64,000 nt of DNA from a virus, in IMG/VR virus record IMGVR_UViG_3300037246_001677, positions 32,001 through 96,000 of that record; one strand, 5' to 3'. Both the position numbers and the translations under genes were made by a program. Below are positions 1-7,091 of this stretch, in pieces. The stretch's first letter is position 1. Each line of letters opens with the position of its first letter. The notes under the pieces were generated by a model. The model was not told the DNA's origin and did not search any database. It saw only the letters and a program-made list of their open reading frames with translations.

Positions 1-28
1 GTGGGTTCGAATCCCACTTTCGGTACCA
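1..28 (+). tRNA. tRNA 3' fragment (truncated by window start)
   Basis: T-arm GTGGG-TTCGAAT-CCCAC, acceptor 3' strand, discriminator A, CCA at 26-28. Confidence 0.85.
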
Positions 29-34
29 AAATTT

Positions 35-112
35 AGGGGCGTAGGCCAACTAGGTAGAGTCATCAGGCTTAAACCCTGTACAGTGTGGGTTCGAATCCCA
101 CCGCCCCTACCA
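35..112 (+). tRNA. tRNA-Leu(TAA), short variable loop
   Basis: Acceptor AGGGGCG/CGCCCCT, anticodon loop CTTAAAC, T-arm GTGGG-TTCGAAT-CCCAC, A73, CCA. Confidence 0.9.
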
Positions 113-133
113 ATTTTAAAGAAAGGATCCAAT

Positions 134-358
134 ATGAAATATGCCCATCCAGATATAAACATTTGTGTTCCATTAATTCCAATAGTACTGCTAATGGATA
201 AATATCTTGGAATACCAGCACCTGAAATATTTACAGTATTTATATGGGTATCTACTGGACTGGTATGGTTAATATGGAAATTCTCTGTGAAAGATTGGAC
301 AACAAAAACTAAAACTAACAAATATTGGTATAACTACTGGAAAAACAAGGGGGTGTAG
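134..358 (+). CDS. Hypothetical membrane protein
   Basis: AAGGA SD before ATG 134; two hydrophobic segments; the longer ORF start lies inside a tRNA. Confidence 0.6.
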   Translation: MKYAHPDINICVPLIPIVLLMDKYLGIPAPEIFTVFIWVSTGLVWLIWKFSVKDWTTKTKTNKYWYNYWKNKGV

Positions 359-426
359 GCCAACTTGGTAGAGTCACTGGATTCAAAATTCAGACAGTGT
401 GGGTTCGAATCCCACCACCCCTACCA
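349..426 (+). tRNA. tRNA-Leu(CAA), short variable loop
   Basis: GGGGGTG/CACCCCT acceptor, CTGGA-TTCAAAA-TTCAG anticodon arm, CCA; near copy of the Leu(TAA) gene. Confidence 0.9.
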
Positions 427-442
427 TAGAAAGGAATAAAAT

Positions 443-661
443 ATGCACACAGAATTACAAGTATTGGATGATATAGATAATGAAAAATGTTGGAAATGTA
501 GAAAAGATGAAATGTGTCTTGATGAAGAAGGTGGATTACATCAAGGATTTACATGTAAGTCTTGTGGAGCAGAAGTAATCATCACATATAAAAGAGTGAT
601 GGTATATCCAATTGTTCTATGTGATTCAGAAGCAGATGAAGAAATAGAAGTATATAAATAA
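443..661 (+). CDS. Small Zn-ribbon protein
   Basis: AAGGA SD; CxxC...CxxC. Confidence 0.7.
   Translation: MHTELQVLDDIDNEKCWKCRKDEMCLDEEGGLHQGFTCKSCGAEVIITYKRVMVYPIVLCDSEADEEIEVYK
653..660 (+). promoter_or_regulatory. T4-type late promoter TATAAATA
   Basis: Exact match directly before the structured RNA at 662. Confidence 0.45.
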
Positions 662-728
662 TAGTCTCACCTGCCATGTGTAGGAGGAGCATTCGGAACC
701 GCAATCACGAGATTGCGGTTCCAGCCTA
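662..728 (+). ncRNA. Unassigned structured RNA
   Basis: Hairpin CCTGC/GTAGG and a perfect 12-bp hairpin GGAACCGCAATC-ACGA-GATTGCGGTTCC in an ORF-free gap. Confidence 0.45.
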
Positions 729-732
729 ACAA

Positions 733-740
733 TATAAATA
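733..740 (+). promoter_or_regulatory. T4-type late promoter TATAAATA
   Basis: Exact match directly before the YrlA-like RNA. Confidence 0.45.
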
Positions 741-875
741 ATCGGTAGCGTAGTGAAGAGTTACTTCGGAATCATAATCCCGAGATTGGAGGTTCGAGTC
801 CTTCTTTCCCCGCCTATGGGGAAATGGTCTAACTGGTTAAGACACGTAAACGTCTCTTTATGGTAGTACTCCGAT
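741..875 (+). ncRNA. yrlA: YrlA-like Y RNA with permuted tRNA-like domain
   Basis: Terminal stem ATCGG/CCGAT, GAAGAG/CTCTTT, TTACTTCG motif, then T-arm, closed acceptor stem TTTCCCC/GGGGAAA and D-arm in permuted order. Confidence 0.75.
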
Positions 876-888
876 TATTAGAATTTTC

Positions 889-963
889 GCCTATGTGGTG
901 TAATGGTAGCACGCCAGACTGTCGATCTGGAAGCGACGGTTCGATTTCCGTTCATGGGCGCCA
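889..963 (+). tRNA. tRNA-Asp(GTC)
   Basis: GCCTATG/CATGGGC, CCAGA-CTGTCGA-TCTGG, G73, CCA. Confidence 0.92.
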
Positions 964-967
964 TTAG

Positions 968-996
968 TTTACAAAGTCATTTTGATTTGATATAAT
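968..996 (+). promoter_or_regulatory. Sigma70-like promoter
   Basis: TTTACA-17 nt-TATAAT with TGn extension; pattern recurs in the window. Confidence 0.7.
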
Positions 997-1012
997 AAAG
1001 AATAAAGGTTAA

Positions 1013-1073
1013 GCCGACCACATCGAAAATCGCATTACTTCGGTTGGAACCCTGCTATGCGAGCGAAATCGGC
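1013..1073 (+). ncRNA. Minimal Y-RNA-like element
   Basis: GCCGA/TCGGC terminal stem, TCGCA/TGCGA inner stem followed by TTACTTCG as in the other Y-like RNAs. Confidence 0.5.
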
Positions 1074-1085
1074 AAACAATTTCAT

Positions 1086-1159
1086 GGTCTGGTCGTCCAA
1101 CGGTAGGACGCGCGCCCGATAAGCGTGAAACATAGGTTCGATCCCTATTCAGACTACCA
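1086..1159 (+). tRNA. tRNA-Ile(GAT)
   Basis: GGTCTGG/TCAGACT, CGCGC-CCGATAA-GCGTG (C33), A73, CCA. Confidence 0.9.
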
Positions 1160-1169
1160 CAATTAACAT

Positions 1170-1261
1170 GGTCCGATAGTACAACGGTAGTACAGCGGTT
1201 TTATAAGCCGTAAGCCCCGGATTAGGGCGGAATATAGGTTCGAATCCTATTCGGACTACCA
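1170..1261 (+). tRNA. tRNA with TAT anticodon (nominally Ile) and long variable arm
   Basis: GGTCCGA/TCGGACT, GCGGT-TTTATAA-GCCGT, variable hairpin GCCC/GGGC, CCA. Confidence 0.85.
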
Positions 1262-1276
1262 AAAAAGGATAAAGAA

Positions 1277-1561
1277 ATGGAACATACAGATAAATGTTTG
1301 AGCGGCAGTGAATGTAATTGCGCTGTTGAGAACGAGAACGAGAAAGAAAAAGTTGAAAAAGCTTTAAACAAAATCAGACCGATGCTACAGGCGGATGGTG
1401 GTGATGTAGAGCTTGTGGACGTTCAAGATGGAGTTGTAACTGTTCGCTTGCAAGGAGCATGTGGTAGTTGTCCAATGTCACAATTAACATTAAAAAACGG
1501 AATTGAGCGGATTTTGAAAGAAGAAGTGCCTGAGGTGGTATCCGTAGAATCTGTTCAGTAG
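1277..1561 (+). CDS. nifU: NifU C-terminal (Nfu) Fe-S carrier domain protein
   Basis: [15 protein letters not shown]...[11 protein letters not shown]...TLKNGIE signature with CxxC. Confidence 0.92.
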   Translation: MEHTDKCLSGSECNCAVENENEKEKVEKALNKIRPMLQADGGDVELVDVQDGVVTVRLQGACGSCPMSQLTLKNGIERILKEEVPEVVSVESVQ

Positions 1562-1573
1562 GAGAAAAAAATT

Positions 1574-1753
1574 ATGTTTTTCTGTATAAAATGCAAACAA
1601 CAATTCGGTTCACACATGTCAAGATATGGAGATTGTCCATACTGTGGCACAATCAACATGGTTGCTCAAAAAACAAAAGACTTAGGAATTAATGTTCTGT
1701 TTAAAAATTCAAACCCAATAAAAAAGTTATTGAAACTTATAAACAAAAATTAG
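1574..1753 (+). CDS. Small Zn-ribbon protein (59 aa, not in ORF track)
   Basis: AGGAG SD; MFFCIKC...CPYCG. Confidence 0.6.
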   Translation: MFFCIKCKQQFGSHMSRYGDCPYCGTINMVAQKTKDLGINVLFKNSNPIKKLLKLINKN

Positions 1754-1846
1754 GAGGGTGACCGGCTGGACGAGGAGCTTGTCTTGAAAACAAGTAGGTC
1801 CTGTTAGTAGCGGGGCTTAGGGGTTCGAGTCCCCTGCCCTCCTCCA
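1753..1846 (+). tRNA. tRNA-Ser(TGA)
   Basis: GGAGGGT/GCCCTCC, CTTGT-CTTGAAA-ACAAG, long variable arm, CCA. Confidence 0.92.
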
Positions 1847-1942
1847 TTTTTACCATGCGGGTGTGGATTATATCTGGTAAAACCGTATACCCCGGTGATG
1901 TAATGGGAAACACCCCCGCTAAATTTTTAGAAAGGAATTAAT

Positions 1943-2299
1943 GTGATAAGTAATAAGGTAATGAAAACAGACGAGTTCAAAGATTCTATTTATTATCGTA
2001 TAGCATGTGGATGTGGTAGCAACGACCATGACTTAACAATAGAATTTGAATATGACAAAGACCTACCAGATATGGTTTCCTTAAACCTTTATAAAAAATT
2101 AGTATGGACTTCTCATTATGGTACTGGTAATTTTATAACAAGATTTTGGAAAAGAATAACAGGAGCCTTAAAAGTTTTATTTTTAGGTTATATTGAAGTA
2201 GAAGAGTCATTAATACTAAGAGACGAAGGACACATTGACTCATTTATAAAGGCTCTGGAAGAAGGAAAACAATATATTCAAAAACTAAACGGAGAGTGA
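1943..2299 (+). CDS. Hypothetical protein
   Basis: AAGGA SD, GTG start, CxC motif. Confidence 0.7.
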   Translation: MISNKVMKTDEFKDSIYYRIACGCGSNDHDLTIEFEYDKDLPDMVSLNLYKKLVWTSHYGTGNFITRFWKRITGALKVLFLGYIEVEESLILRDEGHIDSFIKALEEGKQYIQKLNGE

Positions 2300-2377
2300 C
2301 CGGCTGGACGAGGAGCTAGTTTCGAAAACTAGTAGGAGGTAACACTTCTAAGGGTTCGAGTCCCTTACTCTCCTCCA
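2291..2377 (+). tRNA. tRNA-Ser(CGA)
   Basis: GGAGAGT/ACTCTCC, CTAGT-TTCGAAA-ACTAG, long variable arm, CCA. Confidence 0.92.
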
Positions 2378-2378
2378 C

Positions 2379-2597
2379 ATGAAAGGAAAAATAATGTTAT
2401 TTGAACTCAATAAAGAAGATGTAGAAGAATATAAAAAATGGAAAAAACAACATGATAAAACCTGCCAAAGTCTATATGTTGGTGCTATAGGAGGAAGATT
2501 AAATTTCTCGTTTACACCCACTGGATTAGGTGATATAATTAGAATAAAATGTGCATGTGGTGAAGAGTTGGATTTAACACATTCTGAAAGGTGGTAA
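2379..2597 (+). CDS. Hypothetical protein
   Basis: GAIGG...FTPTGLG...C.CG pattern; true start may be 2394. Confidence 0.7.
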   Translation: MKGKIMLFELNKEDVEEYKKWKKQHDKTCQSLYVGAIGGRLNFSFTPTGLGDIIRIKCACGEELDLTHSERW

Positions 2598-2601
2598 ATT
2601 A

Positions 2602-3078
2602 ATGATTAGACAAATATGGGACTTTCCAAGGAATGTCAAATATGGCGTTAAAAATCTGATAACATGGTTTCCAATCATTTGGCGTGATAGATGGTGGGAT
2701 ACTCTTTTTGTTTATCCAATACTTCATAAAAAACTTACCATGATGGAAAAACATTTCAGAGAAGATGGGTGTCATGTTTACAATGAAAAAGATGCAGATA
2801 AAATTAAAATCTGTGTTCTTCTTCTTAAAAGAATTATGGATGATGGTTATTTCAAAAACGCATTCAAAAGACATAATGAAAAATGGGGTGATTCTAATGT
2901 TTCATTTGAAGAGTCATTCATAAAAATTACTTATGAAAAAGCAAACACAGAAGAAGATAAAAAAGAGGAAAGAAAAGATTTCAAACGTGCCATCAAACAT
3001 GAAGAGATGTTGAACCAACAAGATATTAACTACCTGTTCAAAATGATGTCAAAACATCTTAGAACATGGTGGGATTAA
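2602..3078 (+). CDS. Hypothetical protein
   Basis: 158 aa, W-rich (WRDRWWD, terminal WWD), AGGTG SD. Confidence 0.75.
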   Translation: MIRQIWDFPRNVKYGVKNLITWFPIIWRDRWWDTLFVYPILHKKLTMMEKHFREDGCHVYNEKDADKIKICVLLLKRIMDDGYFKNAFKRHNEKWGDSNVSFEESFIKITYEKANTEEDKKEERKDFKRAIKHEEMLNQQDINYLFKMMSKHLRTWWD

Positions 3079-3084
3079 ATTTAA

Positions 3085-3159
3085 GCCTCCGTAGTTCAAT
3101 GGATAGAACACTCGGCTACGAACCGGGAAACGCGGGATCAATACCTGCCGGGGGTACCA
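3085..3159 (+). tRNA. tRNA-Arg(ACG)
   Basis: GCCTCCG/CGGGGGT, CTCGG-CTACGAA-CCGGG, atypical T-loop ATCAATA, CCA. Confidence 0.88.
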
Positions 3160-3169
3160 AATATAAATG

Positions 3170-3313
3170 GAGTGGTTATTTTTAATGGGAATCGCGATTC
3201 CCGATTGATTTAGAATTAACTTACTCAAAATGCAGAGATCGGATTTCAAAGGGGACTTTGCCCTCTGCTGTTTCTTGGCCGTCCCGGGCCGCCAAGTGAT
3301 AAATTAGTCCTTT
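3170..3313 (+). ncRNA. Unassigned structured, possibly pseudoknotted RNA
   Basis: Three hairpins (GGGAATC/GATTCCC, GCAGAG/CTCTGC, CTTGGC/GCCAAG); loop GGGGACT can pair with AGTCCTT at 3306. Confidence 0.45.
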
Positions 3314-3321
3314 ACTTTTTT

Positions 3322-3396
3322 ATCTCTATAGCTCAATGGATAGAGCCTATGTTTCCTAAACATAAGACCGGGGTTCGATTCCCCGTAGGGATTCCA
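3322..3396 (+). tRNA. tRNA-Arg(CCT)
   Basis: ATCTCTA/TAGGGAT, TATGT-TTCCTAA-ACATA, CCA. Confidence 0.92.
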
Positions 3397-3404
3397 CAGT
3401 TTGT

Positions 3405-3563
3405 GAAGAAACTGATATGGATATAAGTGTAGGTAAATGTCGACTTGCTAAAACTTATATTTGAAGTAGTCGAAAAACGACCTTATCCGTCAGAGTTTTG
3501 AAAAGGAGTACGGACCCTGTTAGTAAACCGGTTAAAGAAAGCAGGTGCTATGTCAGTTTCTTC
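3405..3563 (+). ncRNA. Unassigned multi-stem RNA
   Basis: 16-bp closing helix GAAGAAACTGATATGG/CTATGTCAGTTTCTTC enclosing several hairpins. Confidence 0.55.
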
Positions 3564-3593
3564 CAACCACAGAATAAAAAGAAAGGAAATAAA

Positions 3594-3848
3594 ATGTTAA
3601 AAAGTGTAATGTTACAAAATTTAAATTTGTTACGCAAATCAAATTTGGCAAATAAGTTAAAGTGTCTACATAAAGGACATATATGGTGTATCGCTCAACC
3701 TGATCCAGATGGTGAAGTTGATTTACCAAATGGAGAAACAGTGTATGGTTGTTTAGATATATATGCCTGCTTCAGATGTGGTAAGGTAAAAAGTGTTTTC
3801 ACACCAGAAAAGGAAATTCCAGAAGAAGATTGGTCCGAATTTAATTAA
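3594..3848 (+). CDS. Hypothetical protein (Cys/His metal motif)
   Basis: AAGGA SD before ATG 3594; C..KGH...CxxC. Confidence 0.6.
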   Translation: MLKSVMLQNLNLLRKSNLANKLKCLHKGHIWCIAQPDPDGEVDLPNGETVYGCLDIYACFRCGKVKSVFTPEKEIPEEDWSEFN

Positions 3849-4035
3849 TAAGAAAGGAACAAAAAATGTTAAAGAAAATAATGACTCCAATTACTTTTTT
3901 AATGGAAAAAGGTTTAGATGGCAAAACAGGAAATTTTTGGGATTATGTTTGCCAATACATTATGGCTTGTGGTATAGGTGCCCATATTTTTATTGGTTTC
4001 CTTATTATAATGTCGTTATTTTAAAGGATTAGAAT

Positions 4036-4455
4036 ATGTTTGATATTTCAAAAATAAACTGTCCAAAGGTGGCTGTAGATGCAGTCATTCAATTAGAAGG
4101 CACAAAGAATATTGTTCTGATAAAAAGAAAATATCCACCATTAGGTCTTGCTCTTCCAGGTGGGTTCGTTGATTATGGTGAGTCATTAGAGGATGCCGTA
4201 ATTAGAGAAGTCAAAGAAGAAACGGGTTTGGAATTTTATAATATGAATCAGTTAAGCGCAAGATCAAACCCAAATAGAGACCCACGAGGTCATATAATTT
4301 CTATTCCTTGGTGGGGATTTGGAAAGGGTGATCCTGTCGCACAAGATGATGCAAAAGAGATATTTATAATATCAAGAACAAAAACCATGATACAGGAATA
4401 TGCTTTCGAAGATCATAGAAGAATGATCTTAGAATATATTTTTGCCTGTGATTAA
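4036..4455 (+). CDS. NUDIX hydrolase (ADP-ribose pyrophosphatase-like)
   Basis: Nudix box GGFVDYGESLEDAVIREVKEETGL; RDPR and AFEDH motifs. Confidence 0.93.
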   Translation: MFDISKINCPKVAVDAVIQLEGTKNIVLIKRKYPPLGLALPGGFVDYGESLEDAVIREVKEETGLEFYNMNQLSARSNPNRDPRGHIISIPWWGFGKGDPVAQDDAKEIFIISRTKTMIQEYAFEDHRRMILEYIFACD

Positions 4456-4458
4456 TAA

Positions 4459-4533
4459 GCCACCTTAGTTAACCTGGTATAACCAATGTTTCGTAATCAT
4501 TAATAGCAGGTTCAAGTCCTGCAGGTGGCCCCA
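4459..4533 (+). tRNA. tRNA-Thr(CGT)
   Basis: GCCACCT/AGGTGGC, loop TTCGTAA, CCA. Confidence 0.9.
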
Positions 4534-4540
4534 CACATAA

Positions 4541-4614
4541 GCCGTCATAGTTCAAAGGTAGAACGCGTCTTTGGTAAGGACGAAGTTTGAGTTCGATTCT
4601 CAATGGTGGCTCCA
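4541..4614 (+). tRNA. tRNA-Thr(GGT)
   Basis: GCCGTCA/TGGTGGC, CGTCT-TTGGTAA-GGACG, CCA. Confidence 0.92.
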
Positions 4615-4632
4615 CACAAAAGAAGTACTCTA

Positions 4633-4661
4633 TTTACATTCCGTAAAATCTATGATATAAT
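4633..4661 (+). promoter_or_regulatory. Sigma70-like promoter
   Basis: TTTACA-17 nt-TATAAT with TGn. Confidence 0.7.
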
Positions 4662-4848
4662 AAATAAAAAATCAAAAAAAGGAGAAGCTTTATGAAATGT
4701 GTAAAAAACATGGAGAGTGGAAAAATCAACCGTATGTCGGATATCCTCGCTCGATCTTTAATTGAGAGTAACCCAGGCAAATGGTCTTTTGCGCCTAAAA
4801 ATGAGTGGAAAGCACAAGCAAAAAATATTGCTGGTAGGAGGAAGTTCT

Positions 4849-5730
4849 ATGCACAAGGATGATGGTGGTCAAATTGTAGAAAAGGGTTTCGGGTCGATTT
4901 ATGACTACGGTGACCAAGGTAAACCAACATCAGATTATTACTCAGTCATTGAGCAATCCCATTCTCGAACAGGAGAATCAAAAGGAACTTCTGCAAAAAC
5001 AGGACTGTTAGTCATTGGTCTTGCTTCTTGCTTAATAATCGGAAGCGCTTGGATCGGAATTAAATCTCTGCCTGATGTAAGTGATTTTGCTCATAAACTT
5101 CCATTCATTGAATTGTTTAAAGATCATCCTGAAATAATTGGCGCATCTCAGGAACTAAAACAAACACCTGGTTTTGATAACAGACCATCAGTCAATACCA
5201 AACCAATTGCACCTATATATCAAATTGATGCAATTATGAATGATGGAAATACTGTAAGAGTTGATGTAAAAGTTGAATTTGAAATACCAGAAGGTAATGC
5301 AGTTTCCAATGCAAGATTAGAATATATTGTAAGTATGTCAGTAAAAGAATTAATCACTCAATATAGTGCTGAAGAACTGTATAAATCAAATCGTGCTCAA
5401 CTTAACAGAATGATTATGAGTAAAATAACTCGAAGAGCACAAGAAACATTAACTGTTACAAATATAACATTACACTCTCTTGATTTATATTTCAATGCAA
5501 GAACAAAAGAAATATTCGATGCCAAAATAAATCAAGAACAACAGATTCTGAGATTCAAAAGTCAATTACAAATTACAAAAGCAAGACAGAAAGTCATGGC
5601 AGAAGAAATGAAAGCTGATTTATTTAACAGTAGAAAACAATGGGAGTTAGAACGAGAAAAATCAATCTATGAGGCTAAAACTAAAAAAATGGTTAATGAA
5701 ATTTTAAAGAAGAGAATGAATGATAAATAA
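4849..5730 (+). CDS. Membrane protein with SPFH/Band-7-like domain
   Basis: AGGAGG SD before ATG 4849; one TM; DGNTVRVDVKV...YSAEELY...R pattern; C-terminal coiled coil. Confidence 0.65.
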   Translation: MHKDDGGQIVEKGFGSIYDYGDQGKPTSDYYSVIEQSHSRTGESKGTSAKTGLLVIGLASCLIIGSAWIGIKSLPDVSDFAHKLPFIELFKDHPEIIGASQELKQTPGFDNRPSVNTKPIAPIYQIDAIMNDGNTVRVDVKVEFEIPEGNAVSNARLEYIVSMSVKELITQYSAEELYKSNRAQLNRMIMSKITRRAQETLTVTNITLHSLDLYFNARTKEIFDAKINQEQQILRFKSQLQITKARQKVMAEEMKADLFNSRKQWELEREKSIYEAKTKKMVNEILKKRMNDK

Positions 5731-5738
5731 CTTATAAT

Positions 5739-5823
5739 GGTGGGGGCATCAATGGTGATAATCTCGTTGGAAGCGAGTGGCGTGTAACAAGCGTAGCAGG
5801 TTCGATTCCTGTTCCCACCGCCA
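5739..5823 (+). tRNA. tRNA-Ser(GGA)
   Basis: GGTGGGG/TCCCACC, loop TTGGAAG, long variable arm, G73, CCA. Confidence 0.85.
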
Positions 5824-6171
5824 TAGAAAGGAGTTAATTAAAATGGATCCTTATGTATTATCAGCTTTAATTTCTGCAATAGCAGTTGTTGTTGGAATAT
5901 ACTGTGGATCATCCAAGTGGTTTGATAAGATTATGAGGAATATAGGTGAATTGTTATTAAAAAAATAATGTGAAAGGATAAAGTAAAATGAAATTTGTAG
6001 GCACCACCAAATACACTCTTATTGAAGTTAAAATAGAAGAAATGAGTTTGTTGACTAAACTATTAAGGTTAGATGATAAAACTATGAAGGGTGAGGGATT
6101 CTCTAATGCTGAAATTACATTATCACACACAATGCATAGAGATATTCTAAAGTATCAATAAGGAAGTTAAA

Positions 6172-6399
6172 ATGGGTCAAGATTATTTAGACTTAGCAGA
6201 ATACATTATTAATGGAGTTAACATGGGAAAGAAGAAGAAAAAAGTGGTATTTGATAAAGAAAAATCTGATCTATACGGCAGTGCAAGGATTAAGATAGGT
6301 CGTAAGGGAGAGGTGTTTAAGGATAAGTCAAAATACTCACGTAAGAAAAAACATAGAAAGACTTTTGAGGAATTTATAAGGGAAAATGGAAATGATTAG
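6172..6399 (+). CDS. Small basic protein, possibly ArfA-like
   Basis: VFKDKSKYSRKKKHRK motif; second SD+ATG at 6223. Confidence 0.45.
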   Translation: MGQDYLDLAEYIINGVNMGKKKKKVVFDKEKSDLYGSARIKIGRKGEVFKDKSKYSRKKKHRKTFEEFIRENGND

Positions 6400-6566
6400 G
6401 AATTTTATTCTTGTGTTAAGTATTTTAATATGTGGTAGTGTAATAGGATTTATTGGGTATACTTCTTTATTCTATTATCTATTTGAGTATTTAAATGTGT
6501 CTATATAAGAATACTTGTTCTTACCTATACGTGGAGTGTATATCTTCCCGCCGCGTCGCCGTGCTT

Positions 6567-6595
6567 ATTATAACAAATTTTTAACATAATGTAAA
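6567..6595 (-). promoter_or_regulatory. Antisense sigma70-like promoter
   Basis: Minus strand TTTACA-17 nt-TATAAT with TGn. Confidence 0.6.
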
Positions 6596-6637
6596 CAAAA
6601 TTTATTAAATATTTTAAAATAAATTGTAGGAAGAAAA

Positions 6638-6850
6638 ATGAAACACAAATGGAAATATGAAACAGTGGTAAGGATGGCTATGGGTGATAATCCACAAAGA
6701 CCACTTAAGATTTTAAGTATAAATTCTTATGGTTGGGATGAGCCATGGAGTGTTAGATTTATAGATGAATGTGGGGAACAGAAAGTAATAAAAATACCAG
6801 CAGAGTTGATAGAAAATTGTAAAAAAATTATTGTAAAGGAAAAAATGTGA
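6638..6850 (+). CDS. Hypothetical protein
   Basis: AGGA SD; coupled to the next ORF. Confidence 0.6.
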   Translation: MKHKWKYETVVRMAMGDNPQRPLKILSINSYGWDEPWSVRFIDECGEQKVIKIPAELIENCKKIIVKEKM

Positions 6851-7074
6851 TGACGAACATAGAAAAATGGCCATGTTATATAATTTTTAATGATGATACG
6901 ATAGTTATTTTTAAAAGAGACATACCAAAGCATCTTTTCAAAATTGAAAAGAAAAAAGTTAAAGATTTCGGTATTATTGATAGAGGAAAATGGACATGCT
7001 GGAGCAATAAAGGAGAAAAACCAAATCCTTCAGTAGAATCAACATGTCTTATAAGAAAATTTTTATGTGTATAA
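6847..7074 (+). CDS. Hypothetical protein
   Basis: Overlapping stop/start with the upstream ORF. Confidence 0.55.
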   Translation: MMTNIEKWPCYIIFNDDTIVIFKRDIPKHLFKIEKKKVKDFGIIDRGKWTCWSNKGEKPNPSVESTCLIRKFLCV

Positions 7075-7091
7075 AAGGAAAAATGTAAAAA

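Noticed and set aside
741-875. Ordinary tRNA-Met gene
   Set aside because: Arms are in permuted order, the acceptor stem is closed by a loop and there is no CCA; better explained as YrlA-like
1559-1576. Nfu to Zn-ribbon fusion by amber readthrough
   Set aside because: In frame, but that occurs one time in three by chance, and the second ORF has its own AGGAG SD
1857-1920. tRNA-like remnant GCGGGTGT...ACACCCCCGC
   Set aside because: Only a terminal stem; no T-arm, anticodon arm or CCA can be built
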